Shown one piece after another: positions 1-18,901 of a DNA stretch of 64,000 bases. The translations under genes and the position numbers were made by a program. The notes under the pieces were generated by a model. That model saw only the letters and a program-made list of their open reading frames with translations, was not told the DNA's origin and searched no databases. How positions within the stretch are numbered: position 1 is the first letter of the stretch; every line of letters begins with the position of its first letter. Origin of the DNA: the human T2T-CHM13v2.0 reference genome, Homo sapiens; NCBI RefSeq assembly GCF_009914755.1, contig NC_060946.1, one strand, 5' to 3'.

Positions 1-951
1 ACAGAAGATCAACAGAGACATAGAAGATCTGAACACCACCACAAACCAACTAGACCTCACAGACAACTAAAGAACACATCCAACCAACAATAGTAGAATA
101 TCATTCTTCTCAGCACACATGGATCATTCTCCAGTATAAACCATATCTTGGACCATAAAACAAGCCTCAATACATTTAAAAGGATTGAAATTATCAGAGT
201 ATAATCTCCAACCATACAGAATGAAAACAGAAATTGAATAATTCACAAATATGTGGAAATTAAACAACACACTCCTAAATAACCAATGAGTCAAAAAAAA
301 ATCAAAAGAGAAATTACCAAATAGTTTTAGATGGATGAAAATGAAGGCACAACATATAAAAACTTACAGGATGCAGCTAAAACAGTGCTTAGATGAAAAT
401 TTGTAGATGTTAATGCCTATATTTTAAAAAGAAGAAAATCTCAAATTACTAACCTGTTTATTCCTTAAGAAACTAAAAAATAAGAGTAAACTAAAGCCAA
501 AGTTAGTAGAATGAAGAAAACAATAAAGATTGGAGCAGAAATAAATGAAATCAAGAATAGAAAAATAGACAAAACTAATCAAAGTTACTTCAAAAGATTA
601 TCAAAATTGACAAATTTTTAGCTAGACCAGCCAAAAACAATGAGAAAACACTCAAATTATTAAAATCAGTGATGAAAGGAGACATTACCACTAACCTTAC
701 AGAAATAAAAATGATTATAAGGGAATACTATACACAACTGTATGCTAACAAATTAGGTAACCTAGATATAATGGAAATATTCTTAGGAAGATGTAAGATA
801 CTAAAACTGACTAAAGAAAAAACAGAAATCTAGATAGAATTATGACAAAAAGATTGAATTAATAACCAAAAAACTTCCTGCAAAAGAAGTCCAGAACCAG
901 GACCAGATGAGTTCACTAGTAAATTCTACCAAACATTTAAAGAAAAATTCA

Positions 952-1190
<239 letters not shown>

Positions 1191-1311
1191 ATTCACCTAA
1201 CGCTTCACAAATTCTTATGAAAAATAGAAGAAAAAACATTTCTCAACACATCCTATGACGCCAGTATTACCCTGATACCAAATCAGAAAAGACATTAGAA
1301 AAAAAGAAAGT

Positions 1312-1635
1312 GGCCGGGCACAGTGGCTCACGCCTGTAATCCCAGCACTTTGGGAGGCCAAGGCAGGCAGATCACGAGGTCAGGAGATCAAGACCATCCT
1401 GGCTAACATGGTGAAACCCCGTCTCTACTAAAAATACAAAAAAATTAGCAGGGCATGGTGGCGGGCACCTGTAATCCCAGCTACTCGGGTGGCTGAGGCA
1501 GCATGAACCCAGGAGGCAGAGTTTGCACTGAGCCAAGATCGCGCCACTGCACTCCAGCCTGGGCGATAGAGTGAGACTCCATAAAAAAAATAAATAAATA
1601 AAATAAAATTTAAAAAAAGAAAGAAAAGAAAAAAA
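1312..1635 (+). mobile_element. Alu (Sc/Y-like) with A-rich tail
   Basis: Dimeric Alu consensus, GATCACGAGGTCAGGAGATC motif, A-rich tail. Confidence 0.92.
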
Positions 1636-4600
1636 GCTAAAAACCAATATTCCTTATGAGTATAGGGAAAATTCTCAAAAATAGAATCCAGCAAACTGAA
1701 TGCAGCAACATATTTTTAAAAATCAGACAGCACAGTCAAGCAAAATTTATGCTAGGAATGCAAGAGAGGTTGACCAAACAAAAATCAATTAATGTGATAA
1801 ACCATATTATTAATCAAGGAAAAAAAACACATAATAATCTCACTAAGTGCAGAAAAAGCATTTCATAAAATCCTACATCCTTTAATGATTCAAAAAATAA
1901 ACACTCAACAAATTAGGAATGGAAGGGAACTTCCTTGACTTAATAAAGGACATCCAAAAAACACTCACAGGTAATGTCATATTTAATGGTGAATGACCAA
2001 AAGTTTTCTCCGTAAGATCAAAAAGAAGACAAGAATGCCTGTTCTCACTACTTCTATTAAACATTATACTGAAGGTTCTAGCCAGAGCAGTTAGGCAAGA
2101 AAAATAAATTAAAGGTATCCATATTGGAGACTAAGATGAAAAACTACCTCTATTTGCAAATGACATTGTTGTATATATAGAAAATCCTAAGGAATACAGG
2201 CAGACAGACAGATACACACATATGCACACACACACACACACACACACAATTAGAACTAATAAACAAGTTCAATAAGGTTGTAGGATACAAGATCAATATA
2301 CAAAACTCAGTTATATCTCTATATACCTACAATGAACAATCTGAAAATAAAATTAAGGAAACAATTCTATTTACAATATCATCAAAAAGATAAAATACTT
2401 AGAAATAAATTAAACAAAAAGTACAATATTTGTGCACTAAAAACTACACAATATTGTTGAAAGTAGACCTGAATAAATGGAAAAATATCCCATGTTCATG
2501 GATAAGATGGCAATACTCTCCAAACTGATCTATAGCTTCAACCCAATGTTTATCAAAATCCCAACTGCCTTTCTTGAAGAAATTGACAAGTTGGTATTGA
2601 AATTCATATACAAATGCAAGGGACCCAGAATAGCCAAAATGATCATGAAAAATAAAAATAAGATCATGAAAAATAAAAATAAAGTTGGAGGATTTATACT
2701 TCCCGATTTCAAAACTTAATAGAAAGCAACAGTGATCAAGACAGTGTGGTTCTGGCATAAGTATGCACATATAGATCAATGGAATAGAATTGAGAGACCA
2801 GAAATAAACTTTTACATTTATCATTAATTGATACTTGTCAAGGGTACCAAGACCATTCAATGGGAACAAAAAGTAGTCTTTTCAACGAACAGCGCCCAAG
2901 AGTGAAGTTGGCCCCCTAGCTCACACCATATACAAAAATTAACTCAAAATAGATCAAAGCCCTAAATATAAGAACTAAAACTACAGAATTCCTAGAAGAA
3001 AGCATAGGTATAAATCTTTGTGACTTTGGATTAGACAATGATATCTTAGATATGATACCAAAAACACAGGCAACTAAAGAAGAAGTAGATTAATTGGACT
3101 TCATCAAACTTTAAAACTTTTGTGCTTCAAAGGATACTGTCAAGAAAGCACTAAGATACCCCACAGAATGGAATAAATTATTTGCCAATCATATATCTGA
3201 TAAGGATTTAGTATGCAGAATATATTAGGAACTCTTACAGCTCAATAATAAGGGACAAATAACCCAATAGAAAAATGGGCTAGGGATTTGAATAGACATT
3301 TCTTCAAAGAAAATATACAAATGACCAGTAAGTACATGGAAAGCTACTCAACATCACTAGTTATAGAAAAATGCAGATCAAAACCACAGTGAGATACCAC
3401 TTTACATTCATTAGCAAGGCTATAATAAAACAAACAAAGAATAACAAGTATTGGCAAGATTATAGAGATATTGGAATTCTCATATTACTGGTGAGAATGT
3501 AAAATGGTACAGATGCTTTGGAATAGAATTTGAGAATTTCTCAAAAAGTTAAACATAGAGTTGCCATACGGCCAAGCAATTTCACTCCCAGGTATATACC
3601 CAAGGGAACTGAAAACATACATCCATCAAAAAAAAGTTGTACTTAAATATTCATAGCAGCATTATTCACAATAGACAAGAAGTGGAAACAACCCAAACTT
3701 CCATCAGTGGGTGAGTGGATAAACAAAAAGTGGTAGATCTGTTCAGTGGACTATTATTCAGCCCTAAAAAGGAATGAAGTCCAGATTCATGCAGTAACAT
3801 GGATCAACCTTGAAAACATTATGCTAAGGCAAACCCCCAAAACCACATACTGTATCATTCCATTTATATAAAATGTCCATAACAGGCAAATCTAGAGACA
3901 GAAAGTAGGTTAGTGGGTGGCAGGGAAGGGGAAGCAGGGGCTAAAAAAAAGAAAATAGATTGGCAGTTGCCAGGAACTGGAAGAAGGGAGGAATGGGACT
4001 GCTGATGGATACAGAGTTTCTTTTAGAGGTGACAAAAATGTTCTGGGATTAGATAATGGTGATAGTTGCACAACTTTGTAAATATACTAAAAGAACACTG
4101 AATTATACACTTTGAAAGGATGTGAATTTTATGGTATATGAATTATATCACAATTAGAAAAAAGGAGGAAGAGAAGGAGAAGGTGGAGGAGGAAGGGGAA
4201 GACAGAGATGCAGCAGCAGCACTGGGTGAGCCAAGGGAGACGTTGCTTCCGTGGGCACCTTTGGCAAAGGTAGTTCCCTTTCAATAATTTCTAAGGCAAT
4301 ATGTTTACTTGACAGTTATTTAGATTATGATTTAAAGACCTTAGGGGAAGCAGGGCAAAAGCAAGACATCCAGATGTATCCCAGTGAGTCACAGCGGTGT
4401 CCTGCTTACCATCAGCCAGGCTCACGCTCCCACTGTCAGAGCTAACTTGGCTGTGCTCCTACTGCAGCAGACCTAATGCTCAGCGGTCACGACACTGTTA
4501 CATGCCTTCGTGATTTTTAATTCGTAGATACTGCCAGTCTGTGGCAATGAGGAGTTTGGCTTATTAGTGTTTCAGAAAATAAGGGGAATTTTAGTCTGAC

Positions 4601-4709
4601 TCATTCCTTTTTGGCTACTCTCAACGTAAGAGTGAATTAAGGAGGCCAAGCTCCAGTTCTACAAGGAAGTTTACAGCATAATTGTCTGAGGCTCCTAAGT
4701 TGGCTAACC

Positions 4710-4711
<2 letters not shown>

Positions 4712-4755
<44 letters not shown>
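4712..4755. repeat. (CA)n microsatellite
   Basis: About 22 uninterrupted CA units. Confidence 0.97.
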
Positions 4756-4759
<4 letters not shown>

Positions 4760-5229
4760 TCTTCCTACCAGGTTCCATGTATTAAATGCAAGTGTAAAAT
4801 TATTAAATATTCAAAAATAGATGGATGTGGATGGCACTATACGAGTATACAGAATCAGACTAGATGATGCTTCTGAAGTCCTCAATTTGAAGAATCACAA
4901 AGTTTACAGGGTTGAAGAAATGAATAAGAATTTTTTTTAATGTGCAAGAAATCCACATTGGCTAGTACTTTGCTTTCCCTCTCTGGGCAGGCACCGACTC
5001 TGCCTTGCACTGTACAGTCTAGAGACCTGTCTTATTTGCCACAGTCAGGTGGCAGGTCCTGTACGTAAGAACCACCTCATGGCTTATACCATAAGAGCCC
5101 TAGAGCCTCAGCAATCCCACACACATCCTTCTTGGGCTGGATTAATTTAACTGAATTGAATCTTTACAGAGGTAAACTTCCAGAATTATACCGAAAAACA
5201 AAGCTTGGTTTGTGTTCACACAGTCAACA

Positions 5230-7010
<1,781 letters not shown>

Positions 7011-8505
7011 CTGGAAGAAGTGAGGCTCAGGATTGAGATCACAGGACACAGAATGAAACACTGTCTAGAAGAGAAGGCAAGTCGGGGAGTGGGAGAGGTG
7101 AAGTGACAGCCAGGGAACTGTAAGAGCCATCTGAGGTTCATGGACACGAACCTGTGGTTGTGTGTTTTTCTCCAGCCATGTTCAGCAGCACAGGTAGGCA
7201 AAAAGTTGGGTTTAATTTGGGCCAGGGTCTTGACAGGCAAGTGTGATACCACAAGTCAAGGGTGTGTGCAAGGGAAGTGGAGATGTGCACATCTTGGCCA
7301 GGAAGGAGCACCAAGAGTGATGGGAATTATCTGTGTAGCTGAAATAATAAAACAAGATTGAAGAAATTAAGAGACAAGAAACTCAGCCTGATGAGGAATT
7401 TTAAGAAGGCAAATACATTATCTAACTCAATTATTTATTGGGGACTCGCGGAGTCAAGAAATGTGCTAATATTTATGAAACTTATAGTTATCATTTAACT
7501 CTTCCCACCCCCAGTTATTCTTCTTCCCACATCATAGGTGAGGAAATTAATGTTCAGAGCAGGCCAGTGACTTGCCCTGGGCTACATGACTGCGGTGCCC
7601 CAAGGCTGGAGACTAAGCCTCTCTCTTCCAGAACCAGAAGACATGCTCTTCCCCGATATCAAGTTCACATGGTTGTCAATGACCAAAGCTTTCCTGTCTC
7701 TTTTTACAAAATTAATAACACGTTCCTTAAGAGCAGCCGAAAGTCACTGGCTGCCCAGGGTTGTGTGACGGGGACACTCAGTCTCACGCATTACCCGGCT
7801 CTCTAAGCACGTGGGGAACATCCACTGTTACTGCATTCCTTGTTGCAGTGATTGCTGATGCACAGAACCGTTCTCTTTATTTTATCCATAAATTCACTTC
7901 CTAATAACAATAAGGCATGCCAGGGCTTTGGCCTCATGCCTTATTACACCACCTGAGGAGTAAGATAATCACCCGGAAATGCACTGCCTGTTGTGCATTT
8001 TATTACTTGAATACAAAGTGATTCAATTCAAGAAACACTTAGTTGAAGACAGCATGAAAAAAAAATAATCATATGAAAAGTAATTCCTCCTAATGCCACA
8101 GAGTACACTGCAGGGAGTACTCTTCCAGAGGGAGAATGGTCTGGATGACCTGTTGGGTCTCCTCTAGTTCTAATTTCTACCAACTGCGGGATCATAAAAG
8201 CTAGTGAGACTTCAATTACAATATGAAGATTCCAAAGGGCCAGATCTGGATCGTTCTGAAAATGGAGCCTATTGGGTGTTCTACCTAAACATTCTTGGTA
8301 TAAGCATTTTCTAAGCAACCATTCTCTCAACCATCCATTATTCAGCAAACACTGTAGGCCACTGTAGGCATTGGCTAGGGTCTAGGAAGAGAAAGAAATA
8401 TAACCCACCCTGACCCTCTAGTCACTCACCATTTAACTCAGAATGTTAAAGAAAATGGCAATATGTTGCAAAAGGAAAGAACAAGGCATCCCCGCAGCAT
8501 CTCCA

Positions 8506-8631
8506 ACTAACACTACTGTAGCCTGGAGAAATTCAGCATTGCTCTGTGGGGTACCTGTCTGACTAGAGACTAACACTACTGTAGCCTAGAGAAATTCAGC
8601 ATTGCTCTGTGGGGTACCCATCTGGCTAGAG
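8506..8631. repeat. 63-bp tandem duplication (2 copies)
   Basis: 8506-8568 vs 8569-8631, 4 mismatches. Confidence 0.92.
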
Positions 8632-10717
8632 TGGGTGAGAGTGTGAACTCTATCACTCTATCTCCACGGTCAGATTAAAGACTTCTCCCAACAGACACCA
8701 TCCATCGGTTCATCTGAAGGGGAGAAAGAGCTATTCCATTTGTAGATTCCTCAAGCAGAAATAACATGATTTGTTATTGTTATTAATACCATTGTTTTTA
8801 AATGCATTTATTTTCCATTTTTAAAAATGGATTTTCAAAGGGCCGTGAAAGCAAGCATATAGCTTTAAAACGGTGGTTCTCAAAAGTGTGGTGCCTGAAC
8901 CAGCACTTTGAGACCTTTTTTCAGAAATGTACTTTTCCAGGCTCCACCCAGACAAACTGACTCTCTGGGGGATGGGGCCCAGCCATCTGTATTTAATAAG
9001 CTTGAGACCAGTGCTTTAGAAGAACCTGAAGTTGATTGATAAGTATGAGTTTATAGGTTTTGCCTTTAAAGAGGTTCATGTGTAAAGTTTCCCACTTTAT
9101 ATCAAAATGAAGTTAAAAGCCAGCCGCAAACATTACGTTTAGGTCCTTCAACTAGCAATAACCGAGCATCTATTTTGCTGGGCACTGGGTGTTATCTCAT
9201 TTAATCATCAACCATGTGACAACCTTGTGAGTTAGACACTATTATCCATATTTTTAGAGGTGGAAAAATTAAATGCCAGAGAGAAAAGGTCAAATTTACT
9301 CAGTAACAGTGAAGCCAAGACCCAAACTCCGGTGAATTTAATCCTTGGCTTTTTGTCCAATTGTGCCAGCATGTGTATGTGTGTATGCATTTGCCTACAT
9401 GCATGTGAGTGATTTGTGTGTATTCGTATGTAAACAGATAAGAGTAATGAAGTTTTCATATATTTGATATGGCAGTAAGAAAATCTGTGTATCAATCCAC
9501 AAGAATAGATAACTTGAGTTTGCAAAACGGTTTAACAATTCTGCAACCTACTCAAGAGAACATGTAGAAAATTAAAAGCAAGCCATCTACATACATTTCT
9601 AATCAAATATGAGGATTCCAGCATTCGTGCCACCAACATTTGAAGACCAGTCCCTCCTCCCCCATTCCAGTCTCATACTGCCTTAATATCTTAGACAGAC
9701 TCTACTGGCAACCCCTAGTCTATTGTTCTAAACATAGGAATTATAAGAATGCAAGTTGATTTACAAATATATTCCAAATGATAGGGTATCACAAAAAACA
9801 ATTTAGCCAGTCATCTGAATTCAATTTAGCAGAAAAATCTGAGCTTATAAACTGACCTGCCTCCACAGCTAGGCAACACTATGGCCACGCATTTGGGACA
9901 CAGTCTCCCTCCACCAAGGAGCTCCCCAGGCCCTGTACAGCCCCTTGCCCTGCCCGAACCTCATCGTCACAGACAGTCTACCCTCACACACTGTAAGACC
10001 CACCCCCACAAACCTAGAAATCAAATGAAAAACAACAAACTGCGGAAAGTGAATATATTTTAATGGAGTAGGATATCACTGCTATAACTGGTAACTAGAA
10101 AATATGTAGAAATATCAGAACACGTTTAGGACAATGTCAAGAGAACAAGTACAGTGGGGCATACACTATGAATACAACGATATAAAAATATATTGTCACA
10201 AATAGACAGGGACTAGAAGATATGACAAAAATTGCTACCTGGGGACGATGGAGACATTGATCTTTTTATGTTAAATGTTCTTTAATAACCGTGTCATGGC
10301 ATGTTCTAGACATCATGCCTACCAGTGCCCACTAGGCAGGAGAGGAGCTGCCTCCTGCCCACATCTCCCCTCTCACGGCCCCATGGGTCCCTCGGCCCTG
10401 CTCCACCCCAGCCGATTCCTCTGCCTTGAGACCTCCTGGAACATCACTTTCTGGAGAGGCTTCTCTGACCACCCTGCATCTTCCTTGCAGAGTCTCTCAC
10501 ACAGCCTGCACTTCTCCGGCACTGTACATACCCCAACTTCGCATTACACTTTTAGTTGGGAAATTATGAACTCCATTATAAGCTCCATGAAATAAAAGGG
10601 TGTGTTTACACCACTCTACCCCCAGCCCCGAAGTACTCAGCACGTAACTGCTGCTCCAAATTACTGACAAATAAATGGTTTTCACAGCCCTGCCATTCAG
10701 ACAGCACTCGCCTCCCA

Positions 10718-10970
10718 ACACACACACACACACTACACACTCACCACATACTCTCACCATACACAGTCACCACACACAATACACACTCACCACACATACA
10801 CCACACACACACACACCCCTTCATCACACACGTACCACACACAACTCACCCCCCACAGAAACACACACACCACACACAACTCACCCCCCACAGAAACACA
10901 CACACCACAGACCACTTACCCCCCACAGACACACACACCACACACACAGAGTAGCACACATGCACACCAC
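10718..10970. repeat. CA-rich low-complexity tract
   Basis: Degenerate (CA)n with a repeated CACAACTCACCCCCCACAGAAACACACAC unit. Confidence 0.9.
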
Positions 10971-12867
10971 ATGTCCTTCTACTCCTGTATTTTATTGATG
11001 AGTCTCTCTTTTTCCCACCATTCAGGGTAAAAGTTTCCACGCCATCCACAATTCCTCACTCATCCCTCTACTGAGAACTGGTGGCCAGTGTCAGCCAGGT
11101 TTCCTTAATGAACACCCTCGACCCCATGACTGTTCAATGTCTGTCTTCCCTGTCAGACTATTAATGCCGTGGGAGCCAGGGTCGGGTTTGATCATGTGCT
11201 CAGCACGTCAACCTCCAAAAAATGATGAATGTTAAGTTGAACTAAATTAAGTAATTGTGTTTTGTATTAGTTTACACTAGCATGAATGTCTTGCTGCCCC
11301 AAATACAGAGCCTAAAGAAAAAAGCTTATACTGTTTTGTTTGTAATACTCCTTTATCATGGATATAAAAGTCTAATTTCAGGAGCTATCTCAGAAATTCA
11401 CTATTACCTCATGAATATCATCAGACCCACCACACCTGATGTGATGACAGACACAGATACGGCAACCGAGAAAAAACAAGTCGTGTCAGAAACACTGACC
11501 ACAAGTGTGCTGTCAAACATCTCAAAACAGTTGCACTCGAAGCCTTTTAAAATGTAAGAGCTGCAGACAATTACGCTCTCTCCCAGCTCCTATAAGCAGA
11601 CAAGGAGTGCTGAGCACATCCTATTTATAGTCAAGCCAAATCCAAGCAAGTCCTCAGCTCCTGCAAAGTTGCATGTTTTCCCAGCTTCAGGGTTCAGGAA
11701 CTAGAAGTCTTGCTGCTGCTGCCACCTATTGCAGGAAATGTGAATCTAGGTTCAAGAAAAGCTGGATTGTCGAGTGGGCCCTGCTGTCTCGCAGTGACGT
11801 GGATGGAATCATTCTCTGAACTCACTGCAGTTGTCTAGTATTTCCATTCATGCTGAGCACCAAATTAAGGTCATCCACTGTTAAAATGTATAAGCCAATG
11901 CTTGCTGATGTGATATATATGAGAATGCCTAAAAATTTTGGCCCAGGAGTCAGCACTCAGTAAATGCTTGTTGCCTGGATGACGGACACAAACCAGATAG
12001 AAGTGGCAATGGTAACATGATCAACTTTTAAAGCACCTTTCTCTTGAGACCTGAAGCCCCACACAATGACCTGGCCGCCTACTGTGCAAAAGCTGTATCA
12101 GTGAGCACAGATGCTCAGGGAGGAGGAGCATCTCACCTGGCTTTGGTACTGCCTGAGAGGGTGCTGCTGCCTTTGGGAGCATTTGTTTTGGTGCTATTTC
12201 GTTTCATGCCCTTCAAGATAAAATATTTCTGACTTTGGGAATGCTGAAAAATAAGAGAGCAATGGGGTTAGCACAGATTGGCGGACAGATTTTCTTATTC
12301 GGCCTATGCAAGCTACAAGAATGGAGGCTTTGGGTTTGTCAAACAATCCAGCAATTTGCAAGCTACCGGAGAACTGTGTAGGAAACCTTAGGCAAATCAC
12401 GTGAATTTCACACTAAATTGTAGGATTCTCAGGGGGAGAGATTTTATGTGACCACTGTACAAGCATCACTTCTCTTTTCATGTCTCAATCCAATACACAC
12501 ACACACATGCACACACACACACACACCCCTACTGTGGTCCCTTCTGTCTTCCTCACAACAACCAGCATAATCATTTCAAATGCTGATCTCCTTGTGTTAC
12601 TTCCTTGCTTAGAACACTCCAATTGCCTCCTAGTGCTCTTAGAACCAAGACCAAAGTCCTTGGTGTCTTTGTGGCTGCAGCACAGGCCCTCCCCTGCTTC
12701 TCTGCTGCCATCCTCCCCCGGCTCCCTCTGCCTCAACCACACTGGCAGTCCCTCAAATGTGCTCATTCCCAAGCAAGAGATTTTTTCTCTTCACCTGCTG
12801 TAACCTCTACTTAGACCACCTATTCCTCGCCCCTCTCTGACTAATGAATGCCTCTTTCTCCTAACAA

Positions 12868-13330
12868 TCAATGGTTCTCACACTTGAGTGGACATCAGGA
12901 TCACCTGGACAGCCTGTTAGAAACAGATTGCTGGGCCCACTCCAGATTCCCATTCCAGTCCTGGGTTGGGGTGGGGCCTAAGAATTTGCATTGCTGGCCA
13001 GGCACAGTGGCTCACACCTGTAATCCCAGCACTTCGGGAGGCCAAGACAGGTGAATCACAAGGTCAGGAGTTCAAGACCAGCCTGGCCAAGATGGTGAAA
13101 CCCCATCTCTACTAAAAATACAAAATTTAGCCAGGTGTGGTGGCGGGTGCCCATAATCCCAGTTACTTGGGAGGCGGAGGTTGCAGTGAGCCAAGATTGT
13201 GCCACTGCACTCCAGCCTGGGCAATAGAGCGAGACTCCATCTCAAAAAAAAAAAAAGAATTTGCATTGCTGACCCGTTCCCAGGAGATGCTGGTGCTGCT
13301 GGGCAGGACATCACTCTGAGAACTGAGGCC
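12868..13330. mobile_element. MER5A-like hAT DNA transposon relic split by an Alu
   Basis: GGTTCTCA...TGAGAAC terminal motifs and AAGAATTTGCATT core either side of the Alu. Confidence 0.7.
12996..13254 (+). mobile_element. AluS with right-arm internal deletion and 16-bp TSD
   Basis: Perfect TSD AAGAATTTGCATTGCT at 12980-12995 and 13255-13270. Confidence 0.93.
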
Positions 13331-13932
13331 CTAAATTTCAGTTCAAATGCCACTTCTTCAGGGAGCCTTCCTTGACACCTCATGCTAGGCTGGCTTCCCT
13401 TCCACGCTTTCACAACGACCTCTGTTGTCCTTCATAGCCTTAGTCCAGTTTGTAATGATGTAGCTATTGGGATAAGTCTTTGATTAAGGCTTGTCTCCCA
13501 CTAGACTTTCAGTTCCCTAAAGACTAGAGCCAAGGCAACTGACATCATCACTACGTCTCCAGACCCGAGGCCAGTGACTGGTGTTCAGAGGTATTCAGAA
13601 TGAACGCATGAGTGGATTTGCTTCAGCTGCTGAAGCCTGACAACACAAGGTAGACAATGCCTGCCTGTGGCCTCCTGCCTGGAGTCCTCTCTCTAATCAG
13701 TCAGCAAGTGATGTCAATTTTACTTGGAGAACACCTCTTAAATCTATCTTCTGCCTCTCTGCATCCCTGAGGTCACTGTCCAGTTCATGTGCACTCTTGA
13801 GATTACAGAAACAGCCTCTGATCACTTCTGGGTCTCCAACTTCACCTCTGATTCATCCTCCTCTGTTGCAGGATTTACCTTTCTACAGCACAGGCATAAT
13901 TATGGTACTCCCTTGATAAAAATACACAATGC

Positions 13933-14266
<334 letters not shown>

Positions 14267-16998
14267 TTATACATGTGTTAAAATTTCATAGGATTATTCA
14301 CCAAGGAAAAAGATATGCACACTGTTAAAAACTAGTGAAATGTGAATGAAGTCTTTAGTTAATATTGACTTTAGTTAAATTGATGTTGTACCAGTGTCAA
14401 TTTCCCAGTTTCAATAATTACAGTTATTCTATAAGATATTATCACTGGGAGATGTTGGAAGTACACAGGAACACAGTACTAATTTTATAACCTTTATGTG
14501 AATCTAAAATTATTTCAAAATAAAGTTTTTTAAAAACATGCAATAGTCCAGTTCCAAAATGGCAGCATAGAAGCAAGCTGGCTTCACTCTCACCTGAAAA
14601 CCAAAGTAAATATACAGTGCCGACATTATCATCAGGAATATCCCAGAACTCTCATATGAAGATGAAACAGATCTTGGGGCCACAGCTATGAGGGGACAGT
14701 AAAAGAATTCAACTTCCACATCCACAACGCCCCTCCCCCCATTCTGCCTGGCACCAAGCATGCAAGAAATTTTCCCCCAATTCACTGTTTCTACACTGGG
14801 AAAAGTGAGATTGAGGTGGACAACCAGCTTCTCCACCATCTTGGGTTCGCTGGCAGGAGACCTATCCCTGCCTTAATCCATCACAAGTGCCTGAAGGGAG
14901 AAACATCCCTGAGGACAGACAGAGGTAAAGAGGGGGAGGTGGGACTACCATCTCCAGCTCTTGAAAAACTGCTCTATAACTCAACAAAAGGAGACACCAA
15001 ATCAGAGTGTATTTTCAGCAGTCACATGCTGTAGGAGGTTTGTCCTACTGGTCGCCTGGACACAAACCCTACCCAACCTTCCCACGCTGCTGGGACATCC
15101 CCTTTGGGACCTCCCCCATTCAGGAAGGTCAGCATTCCAAGCAGTTACTAGAGTCAAGGTGAACCTGAGCTCAAGGTACCAACAACTACAGCGGAAAAGG
15201 AGGCAGCAACCTAGCAGTAAAGAACCTCTAAGAAAATATACCCAATGAAAACAAGCAAGAAGTCCAGAGAAGACTGGAATAGATAACTTCGATGCAAAAA
15301 CATAGATGTACATCCACAAAAAAGACAGCAGCAAACAGAGAATCATGATTTCCCCAAGCAAACAAAGCAAGGAATCAGTAACTGATCCTAATGAAACAGT
15401 GATATTTGAGCTGTCTATCCAAGAATTCAAAATAGCAATTTTAAGGAAACTCTGTGATTTCCAAGATAACACAGAAAATCAATTCAGAACTTTATCAGAG
15501 AAATTTAGCAGAGATTGAGATAAATTTTTTAAAAATCAAGTGGAAATCTTGGAACTGAGAAATACATTTGCTGAACTGAAAAATTCATTAACGGCTACCA
15601 ACAGCAAAATGGATCAAGAAAAGGAAAGAAGCAGTTAACTTGAAGACAGACTATTTGAAAACACACTCAGAGGAGAAAAATGAAAAAAAAGAATGAAAAG
15701 CAATGAAGATCACCTATAAGATATAGAAAATTTCCTCAAAAGATGAGATTTTAAAAAATGATTAGTATTCAAGGGAATTGAGCAAGAGCAAGGGGTACAA
15801 AGCTTATTCAAATAAATAATAACAGAAAACCTTCCAAGACTTGAGAAAGATATAAATATCCAGGTACACAAAGGTCAGAGAACAAACAGATTTGACCCAA
15901 ATAAGACTATTCCAAGGCATATAATAAACTCCAAGTCAAAAACTAGAGAGAATCCTAAAAACGGCAAGAGGAAAAAAAACAAATAACATATAAAGGTGCT
16001 CCCATTCATCTGGCAACAGACTTCTTAACAGAAATCATATAGCCAGGAGGGAAGGGAACAAATTTTCAAAGTTCTAAAAGAAAAGAAAAGACACTGTCAT
16101 CCAAGAATATTATATCCAGCAAAGTTATCCTTCAAATATGAAGAACAGATAAAGTCTTTCCCAGACAAACAAAAGTTGAGAGAATTCACCACCACCAGAC
16201 CTGTCTTACAAGAAATGCCAAAGGAATTCAATCTGAAAGAAAGAAAACACTAACATTCAGAAAAAAAACAAAAGATATAAAACATGCTGGTAAAATTAAG
16301 TACACAGACAAACCTGGGATACTCTAATACTGGAATTGTGATGTGCAATCTACTCGTAACTCTAGCATGAAGCCCAAAAGAGAAATCTCTTAAAAACAAT
16401 AATAGCTACTACAACCTGTTGAGATAGGTAATATAAAAGTATGTAAATTGAGACAATTAAAAGTCAAAATGTGGAACAGATAGAATTAGTGTAGAGTTTT
16501 TTCATTTCTTGTTTGTTTATATTCTTTTTTCTGACCTAAGATGAGCTGTCATCTTTTTAAAATAATTTGTTATATCTATAAGATGTTTCTGTAAGCCTCA
16601 TGGTAACTATAATGCAAAAACCTAAAAAGCAATGGACTAAAACATATTACCAGAGAAAATCAACCACAAGGGAAGACAGTAAGAAAGGAAGGAAGGGACG
16701 ACTTAAAACAAACAGAAAAAAGCAACAAAATGGCAACAGTAAGTTCTTACTCATCAACAATAACACTGAATGTTCATTGACTCGGTTCTCCAATTAAAAA
16801 GCATAGAGTGGCTGAATGGATTAAGAAACAACACCCAACAATATGCTGCCTATAAGAAACCCACTTCACCTATAAAGACTCGTATAGACTGAAAGTGAAG
16901 GGATGGAAAGGATATTCCATGCAAATGAAAACCAAAATAAGAGCAGGAATAGCTTTACTTGTATCAGATAAAATAGACTACAAATCAAAGATTATCAA

Positions 16999-18439
<1,441 letters not shown>

Positions 18440-18769
18440 TCAAAACCTATCAAAAAAGAAAAAGAAGGTCACTATATAATGATAAAGGGATCAATTCAGC
18501 AAGAGGATATAACAATTATAAATATATATGCACACCATGCCAGAGCTCACAAAGACCTGAAGTTAAACATTACTAGATCTAAAAGGAGAGACAGATTGCA
18601 ATACAATAATATTAGGATACTTCAAAATGCTTCACTCTCGGTAATGAATAGATCATCCACATAGAAAGTCAACAAAGAAACACTGCCATTAAACTACAGA
18701 CTAGACCTAATAGGGCTAACTGATATTTACAGAACATTTCACCCACTGCTTCAGAATACGCATTTCATT

Positions 18770-18901
18770 TCCTTTTTCTTTCTTTAGAGATGGGGTCTTG
18801 CTGTATTGCCCAGATTGGACTCAAAACTCCTGGGCTCAAGTGATCTTCCCCTCAGCCTCCCAAGTATCTAGGATTATAGACACGCACCACTGTATCCAGC
18901 T
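18770..18901 (-). mobile_element. Alu monomer (FLAM-like)
   Basis: About 130 bp antisense single-arm Alu inside the L1. Confidence 0.8.
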
